Below are positions 56,127 to 64,000 of a DNA stretch of 64,000 nucleotides, piece after piece. The translations under genes and the position numbers were made by a program. The notes under the pieces are model-generated. The model was not told where the DNA came from and searched no databases. It worked only from the letters and a program-made list of their open reading frames with translations. The stretch lies in the NCBI GenBank assembly GCA_040954595.2, contig CM082576.2, positions 6,389,129 to 6,453,128 on the forward strand, given 5' to 3'. This DNA comes from Balanoglossus misakiensis. Its lineage: Eukaryota; Animalia; Hemichordata. Position 1 is the first letter of the stretch. Each line of letters starts with the position of its first letter.

Positions 56127-57595
56127 GATTGCTCGGTTTCAGGGCGAAGTATATCCTCCAACCGTAACGTGTGACAGACGTTGTTGTTGATCCGTTCAAA
56201 TGCGGAAGTGCAACCGAGGCAGACGAGCAAGATAGAGGGCGCTATTTGACTCCAGCCAGTGTTCATTGATATTATTGAGACAAAATCGCATTCACAGGCT
56301 ATTTCTAGTTCTTCCTTTATAGCAGAGGAGTCTGAGTATTAACAGAGACTAAGTTGCAGCTTGGAATCTATACAATCAGATGTTTGTTGTCGTTGTTTTA
56401 TGGGCAGGGGGATATCCATCCGCTGTTACAATTTATGCGTCACACTCTGATAAAAAAAAATCAGCTTCGTCACTTCTACAAACACAAGAAGATATTTTTT
56501 TTATAAAGGTCTTTATTTCATTTGCAGAATAACGTAAATCATAAGCTACACCTGGGTGTGCAATTTTTTTTTAGTAAAGCATCATGCCAAATCAACCGCC
56601 ACACTGAGTCACAATGAAAACTAGAATGCTAAGATAAAAAAGATACAGTATTTTTATTGCATTGTATTCACAAACCACATTTAAAAGGGAAATAAATATG
56701 TACAAAGCTTTAAAGGGGTTTACCCGAATGTCTGACAGCTACCACAGTGTTTGGGCTCCAAGTGAGCACAGCCGGTATGTAACGTTTTCCCCAATTCGGG
56801 AAAGAAGGGCCACACAATTTTTGCAAGAACAATGGCTAATCATAACAAAGGCAAGATCTCTCAAAATCCGAATCTTTTACAGGGCCGCATAGAGTTAAAA
56901 CTCAGCGGTGCTCCAGGGAAAAAAATACAAATTGAAGCGTGTAATATATAAAAAATAATACACCAATAGAAATGCTTTTAAAAAAAGAACTTGTTTCTTT
57001 TAGTTCAACACTTGTTTTCTTCTATCTCCATTTTACCATAAACGGGTAATCGAGCCTCATTCTTGGCAAGGAAAGGTACTTGTCATTTTCGTGTTTCCAG
57101 TGGGGTATATTAAAACCTTTGTGGGTACTGACAATAGGATATATGGTTGATCGTTGCGCCCTCCCCCGTCAAATTTGTTACTGTCCGTCGAATCCGAGGA
57201 TTTATGGCTTGTTGAATTTCTTTATTTTTTTGACATATTATAGTCCTTGTCTTACATAAATGATATGTTTAATATCAGCCTGGCCATGAACTTCGGTTTC
57301 TTGGTGGTATGGTTAGCTCTATGACCTGTGTTACAGGATTAAATCTGCCAAACTGTTGTGCAGCTCTTGCGAAATATTGGTCATTGTCATCTTTCCTCCG
57401 GAGGAGGCGCTGTACATATCATGTCACATATGTCACACACAGTATCTGACAAACGGGTGCTTATTTCAACTACTAGCCTATGTCTGTTGTGTAAAAAATG
57501 ATTATTTGGTAAATGTACAAAATGTCTTGTGTAAAACTGAGATGGTTACTGTAACCACCGACTGGAAGTTTTTTTTGAATTTTTGGTCGACGTCC

Positions 57596-59946
57596 TTAGT
57601 AAGTCTGTCCTGGCATCATCGGTTGTTGGGCTGGGGCTGGGGCTGGGGCTGGTGCCGCCTGGCTTTGCATCATGCTGGAATTGTTGATGACGATTGGTGC
57701 CGCCGGGGCCGGGGCGGTTGTGACCACGGTTGTGGTGTTACCACCGCTGTGGTATTCGGCTATCGGGTATAAAATAAGAATATAGTCAAAACATAATAGT
57801 CAAATCGGAAATATCTCAAGTATTATTCAATTATAATATTGTAATGTAGACCATATACGCAGTAGTCGGGGGAGGGAGGGGGGGGGGTCAGCGGGTGCAT
57901 GTGGCAGGTAGCTACCGATATGTAGCAGTCTTAGATTTCTCGGTAAAAATTGCTTTGAGTGAAGCCAATGTAATTTCAACACTGAGCAATCGGGATGGGG
58001 CTCACGTGTCTCCTGCAGTTTTATGAGTGCAAATATTTGCTGTTTTGTTCAAAAGCAACGCTTGCCCGAGAAATACCGACCCTCTCCGAAATATCTCCAC
58101 AAAATTGAGTTACCCCCCCCCCTACACATCCCGAGTGCAGCATCATGGCATCGCCGACAACCGGCCTACTTGTGCTCGAGAGGAAGCGACAGGTTGGTCA
58201 ACTTACCTGACATGCCGATAATAGCGCATGCCCAGATCCAGCTCCAAATCCAGCCAATGAGGATACCGGCAAGGAAAAATTGCAGAACACCAATGAAGAA
58301 GTTGAGACAGCAGCAGCCAAATTTAGCCCCAATGTCATCACCTGGATTACCGCAGCAAAACACGAAGAATCCAGCAAGAATTGTGCCTGTGGGGAGAAAG
58401 AAACGATGCACACGTTAGAACACATTTTGCACAACTTGCTATATAATCACAGTTGTTTGTGTGGCAAGCAACTTAATTCGGTCATAAATCAGAATGTTGG
58501 GCCGATCGCCGAGGTTCTTTATGGTATTGCGCCCTAACATTCACATCTTCCTTTGATATCCGCGGTTTTCATTTCCGCTGAAACTTAGACCATTAGTGGC
58601 CAAATCCATGCAGCTATGCTTTTATCCCTGCCTTTGTCCCTTTCTTTCTTTCCTTGTTACGGTGATCCATACTGGATGTCGTGTACGAGACCGTGCGATT
58701 CATGTTCTCTATTCACATTACGAGAAAAACACGGTGATCTAAGTACAATTCTAATTTGTTTGTTCGGGGTGGGGAGCTTTTTATGACATGTTTTATGATA
58801 TGTCGACGATTTCGCGACAAGAACGGCCCTGGCAACTCCGACTACCTGTTTTGTTTTGTTACGTACATCCGTGTATGGGACTCCGGTAGCCATGCCAACT
58901 TTGATGTCAGCCATTGTTCACGGAAACAAATAGATCAAACGCCTCCACAAGTTCGTTACGTAATACTTTCAAATCGATTAATAAGAGCCAGTTTGCTTGT
59001 CTCTCTCGAGGGTCTGTGTTCTAAATTAGATTGGAATTTGGTCGTCTCGTTCAATGGCGGCCTGTTCCGCCGGGGCCGCGTAGAACTGCATGGCAACTGC
59101 CAACGATGACACAATATGACAGGTGGTTGTTGTTCCAGTGGAAGTCTCGAACCACAACCGCTTTGTATTGAGAAAGAAGAGCCCACAGTTTCTAACACTC
59201 TTTCTACCCCTGACTCTTTGCAAACCACGAAGTCACGAGGTTGTGGGAGTTTCTACTCCAATCTTCGGAATGTGCAATAAAGCGATACTTGATGGACAAC
59301 TAAAAGGTTTCAAAAAGTTTGACAGTCACTTGACGAAAGCGTGACGATGTTTAAAATATTAAAAGATAGAGCTGCAGGTGCTCATCAAGTTAACATTGTG
59401 ACGGAGAATGTGTTGGAACTTCCGACTGTGGGTTTTGACCCATATTGTTACGCAGCGAGTATTTTTAAATTTGTTCATCCCGCGCTGACTTGCACAGTCA
59501 CACGCCGGGAGGCGGGCGGTAGCAATCAGTAGCCGTGACCTGAGGCGAGATTGCAACCAGAAGCCGTGTAGGTCACTTGTTTGCCGACTTCGCGTGCGAC
59601 ACCTGACCCCGCCGGCACACCTTAGCAACGGATTTTACTATCTGTCGGCTGCTCTCATGTTGTCACACATTCGCAGATGACCACCCCCTCCCCCCCACCA
59701 CACACACTAAAAAATCGAATATAACTCATAGCCAGGTATCTCTAAACAAAAAGAGTTATGCTCACCCCATCCCGGAATGAAGATGTCGACTATACAGCAG
59801 ACGATAGCTCCGGCGATATGCAAGGCGGGAATGGCTTGGCGACAGCAGTTGTTCTGCTGGTTGTTGATCACGACAGTGGTCGTCGGTGCTGGGGCCGGGG
59901 CCATAACCACCGTGGTATTATTGGACATCATAGTGTTGTTTGCCAT
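57596..59946 (-). CDS. Spec3/stum-like small membrane protein, copy 2
   Basis: Exons 59946-59766, 58386-58207, 57759-57596, with the same intron positions and phases as copy 1. QAIPALHIAGAIVCCIVDIFIPGWGTILAGFFVFCCGNPGD...IGWIWSWIWAC. The PA-repeat tail ends MMPGQTY*. Confidence 0.85.
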
Positions 59947-60101
59947 CTTGTGTTCTTTTTGATCACTGACAGCTGATACAGATAGATCGCCGCTTCGATC
60001 GCCCGGAGATGGGACAGTTCAGATTACAGGTCCTCTTTGCGAAACGTGACAGTAACTACTACGCACAGTCTCTCAATCAACGATGTGTATATCCACCCCA
60101 A

Positions 60102-60190
60102 GCCCCCTTTTTCATGCAAAACAGAGCTCCCCCGTTACCACGGAGACACTATGTAAACAACGAAAGTGTTTATAGCAACAGGGGCAACCG
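60102..60190 (-). promoter_or_regulatory. promoter module with RFX X-box and Forkhead site (Spec3-like copy 2)
   Basis: GTTACCACGGAGAC 60134-60147, GTAAACAA 60153-60160, ttcatgcaaa near 60110-60119, and further GCAAC half-sites at 60172-60189. Confidence 0.6.
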
Positions 60191-61497
60191 CGGGTAATTA
60201 TACCAGCAGAGAATAGTTGTTGTGACGTAATACGGGTTGGTAAAAATCAATAATATTGCAACTGGTCGCGGTCTGTTACACCTGCTAAGTCCACGTCCCA
60301 CACAGACTGTTTGACATCCTGGGCCTTCACTGAACAGAAGTCTCTGCAAACGTCACAAAGTCAAAACATGTATCAAAAGGAAAGGAACACTTCGAAGTGT
60401 TTCTAGGCATGTTTGAAGAAGCACCGAAGACGAGACGGCGCGATCAGAAAACTTCAGTGGAGCTTGAGGCTGTTGAAGCAAGTTATGAGAGTGCGAGCTA
60501 GGACTCCAGTCGACGTGGTGGCTGACAAACGCGTTGCAGTATTTCATACAGACCATCACACACAAAACACACAAAACCAAACCGCCGGCCAGAATATATG
60601 TTAGTACGATGTCATGACACTGAAAAATAATGCCCCCACCCGCTCGCAACAACTCATTTTCGTTCCGTTTATTTCACGTGAATATAAACATGTTGAACTA
60701 TGCGAGAAAAATTTGACCAGGATAATTTTTGTCATTAAATAATTTTTTTCTCGGTACTTCCCATTTGAATATCATTATCGTTTAATTATAATTTATGTTC
60801 TTTGAATTATTCACCACCACCCTGAATGTAGTCATGCGAACTTAAGGTAGATTGACATTTTGACAACATCTGGACGTACATGTCTCAGGGCTCCTGAAAT
60901 CTGCTTGTGAAACTGTGCAGTACGGGCAACTTTGCTACTTTAATACACTGCAAAAATTGTCATCGGTGTCGATAATGTCTGTAGGCGCCTGCGGTACAAA
61001 CACAAATATATTTTCTAGTAACCATGGCCCATGGATTTGAACAAGGAACTGCAGTAGATACACGTAATGAAAACCGAGTCCCATACACTATTGACTACAA
61101 ATTCGCCTGACAGCAATTATGGTCGTGTTGCAACAGCAATAAAATTTGTAGATACCATCCCTTTGGCGCAAGATGCATGGCGTATTTTTATAGTGCCAAT
61201 CAACTACACGAGATAGGTGCTAAGAAAACCACTTCAAGACAATGTAACAAAGATCACGCCATAAAATACCTTGTCAATCACCTCTATTGTGTTCGCTCTG
61301 AATTACCGCTAAGCAAGTAAACAATCAATTAGAAAATGATAACGCTATCTTCATATTATGTTATTAGTTACGTTACGTTACGCAACGCTGTGGAATCCAC
61401 TTGGCTTTGTGACATACACAGTAGTAAAAAATAAGTGCATTGTAGTTATTATATCTTTTAAAATCATGAAGAATAGAGATTTAAATATTGTCTGAGC

Positions 61498-61545
61498 CTA
61501 TCTATCTGTCTGTCTGTCCGTCCGTCCGTCCACCTGTCTGTGCCT
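61498..61545. repeat. short compound (TCTA)/(TCTG)/(TCCG) microsatellite
   Basis: ctatctatctgtctgtctgtccgtccgtccgtcc is directly visible. Confidence 0.75.
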
Positions 61546-64000
61546 GCATCTCTACTGGTCTCCGTTTTTGAGTAAAGATAGCGTTTATATGTCTTTTCCC
61601 ACCAGATTTCATGGATAATAAAGTAACATATTATATATAAATTATTATATGTTACCTAACTCCACAAGGCCTGTATTTGTTCGTTTAGTATAACAAAGCA
61701 TCTAGCTTTATGCAAAATGAAAATACCATAAGCTAACCACAGTCACTCCACACACTGCGTGGTTAAACACATATGCGATAGAATAGAGACCGTAGTTTCA
61801 GAAAGGTCGGTGAACTCTGTACACTTGTCATGAGCACTTTCTTAACTTTGAAAAGGTCGTTCAGCGATTGGCTCCAACCACAGTCCCTCAACCAACCACG
61901 CAAGTAACTGTCAATTTGTTACGCAATATACAGGTCAGCACAATTTTATAGAATCTTTTGAAATCTCGTTTATTTGACAAACTTCCTATTTCTGTTGCCA
62001 TCTTAGAATATCCCGTTTTCGTCAACCAACAACAGCCGTCCTTCGTCTCCTTTCCCTTTCATTAGACACCAATAATAACGAGCCAGGCTTTCTATTATTG
62101 TCGTATCAGCGCAGCCCGATACCATTACGTAAGCGAAGTAGCTACCTGTGTAGATAATAATCAATTAGGTTAAATTTAAATACGCATTGTAATATCACCA
62201 AGGTGTCAAATGACGTTTACATTTGCTGGCGAGAGGACAGATCTTTTTTTTCTGTATTGCGCGCGCATGACATTTCGCAGCCTGCGCGAAAGACGCCAGG
62301 GCGGTTAAAATAGTCACCATTCAGTCCTTGGATTGTGACGATCCGTAGGTAGATACAATTTCCGGCTTATCAGACTATAGAAAAACTACTGTCTATACAT
62401 GTAACCCCGTAGTAGGTATAATTTCCGTTTTAGAAGAAAACAGTCTGCTTCTTCTGTCTCATGTAACCAAACACTCGGTAATCTAAGAAAAAAAAACGTC
62501 ACTGCTTTGACTTGAAAGAAGTACATGTACCACTCAACCGATGTAGTTTTATGCTCCAGGAGGAACCATTGATTTATCCGCAAATCAATAGGGGCATGGT
62601 AACCCTGTATTTTCACGGATGCCTGGAGGCGTGAGGTGAACAAACCGTGACTGCTTCGTCCGGATGGCGCTCTTCCAAAAGTTGCAGATCGCCACCGGCG
62701 TCCAATCCTCGGATGATAGTAAAGTTTAGTTTCTTCGTGACGTCACCACCAAGCCCTGTTCTGTGATTTTAGAACACTTGATGTTATTGGAACCAGGTGT
62801 AAATATGTGTAAAACGCAAATCTGAGCGTTCACGATATCAGTTGTCACGACGATTTGAGGCCAAGTGATAGTCGAAGTATTGTAGGGGGGGGGGGGGTTG
62901 ATGTGAAGCAAAATGTTAACGAGTTATGAAACGCATGTCACCATGAACGCAATATTACAGACCCAAAGGTTTTCGCCACACCTATGAAAGGGCACCTACA
63001 TTAAACAACATAAAATGAAGTATATTAAAACATGATTCTAACAGGCACAAAATTATGCCATGTTGTGGCGTTGTGTTACCGTGCTTACAATACTCTACTT
63101 TCCTGTTAACGCTAAATATGCAAAACAGCCAATTAAGCTTTGGAAAATGGTAAATTTCAGCAATTTGGCCAAAACACCATTGTCGACACTTTTCCGACAC
63201 AGGAGGCCTTACAAATATCAGTCCGCTATAGTGAGAAAATGTCATTTCACTCAATACAGATGAAGACATCCGCAAAACAGCATGATGCACCAGCGTTAGC
63301 CTCTACTGCTCGGAGCGCCACCTACGACATTTTCGCAGTCATGTCATCAACCGCAGCTCAGCAACTTGAACTGTGATGTGAGGCCGATGATACAGTCTGT
63401 TATGTAGTCAATGCACGGCTTTGACATGCTTAGATATTCCCAATAAAAGATAAAACACACACTTGTAGCCCACAGCAACACGGGACTGTTATTTAATATC
63501 GTCGCTTCGGAGACAAATACAACCGCCCAGAATTCGAATGTTGTTATTCTTCTATTACAAGATATTAATTGAGGATGGCGCCGAAGGGAGTTTAGCCCAT
63601 TACCGTCACCTACCATGCAAGCAACGTGCATACTATGACAATTGGCGCTCCCAGTACCTCTTGTAAACCGCCGCCATGGTTCAAAACAGTCACGTCCCAT
63701 GCATGAAGCAATCGCGAGGACGGATGCCTTGTCTCACCCCCAGGCGATATTTCATAGATAGTAGAATTTTAAAATGTGTCAACACGCGGTTGTTGATTCC
63801 TTCGGACATTTATTTTACGAACAAGTGACCTTTGCTTGTACTCGCATATGTTATGTCCGCTATTTATCACACTCGCGTGAGGTGAATGTATATACGTGTG
63901 GTTTGTGCGAAAACAGAGACCTGAGGTCAAATGCACGTCGCCATGGTATTTTATTATAACACAGAAAATATACATGACAAAATTTAGCAAACACTGTACC

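Noticed and set aside
63060-63376. Signal-peptide-like ORF MLWRCVTVLTILYFPVNA as a secreted peptide gene
   Set aside because: Splicing to the next acceptor gives only a short featureless product with no cleavage or amidation pattern.

Overview
Intron-rich animal genomic DNA from an invertebrate deuterostome, probably an ambulacrarian such as an acorn worm (inferred from a Lefty/antivin gene and Spec3/stum-like genes; species not determined). It is not prokaryotic: no CRISPR, rRNA or tRNA was seen. I reconstructed twelve protein-coding genes by hand from splice signals and reading-frame phase. In order: the 6.3-kb last exon of a disordered nuclear protein (+); a tandem-domain CDADC1-like deaminase (-); an intronless STK35/PDIK1L-like pseudokinase (+); RCE1 (-); cytosolic HSP90 with two perfect heat-shock elements (-); POMT2 (-) head-to-head with GSTZ1 (+); Lefty (-); two head-to-head unrecognised disordered proteins (- and +); Spec3/stum-like copy 1 (-); SDE2 (-); Spec3/stum-like copy 2 (-). 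Microsatellites and small MITE-like elements are scattered through the window. The most notable observations are: an RFX X-box plus Forkhead promoter module shared by both Spec3/stum paralogues (cilia-type regulation); gene neighbourhoods matching vertebrate POMT2-GSTZ1 and LEFTY-SDE2-STUM; a kinase lacking all three catalytic residues; an invertebrate CDADC1-type deaminase; structured HSP90 introns, one resembling an H/ACA RNA; a GC-AG intron; and a CTCF-like 12-mer present three times. No database searches were run, so all family calls come from motif recognition.
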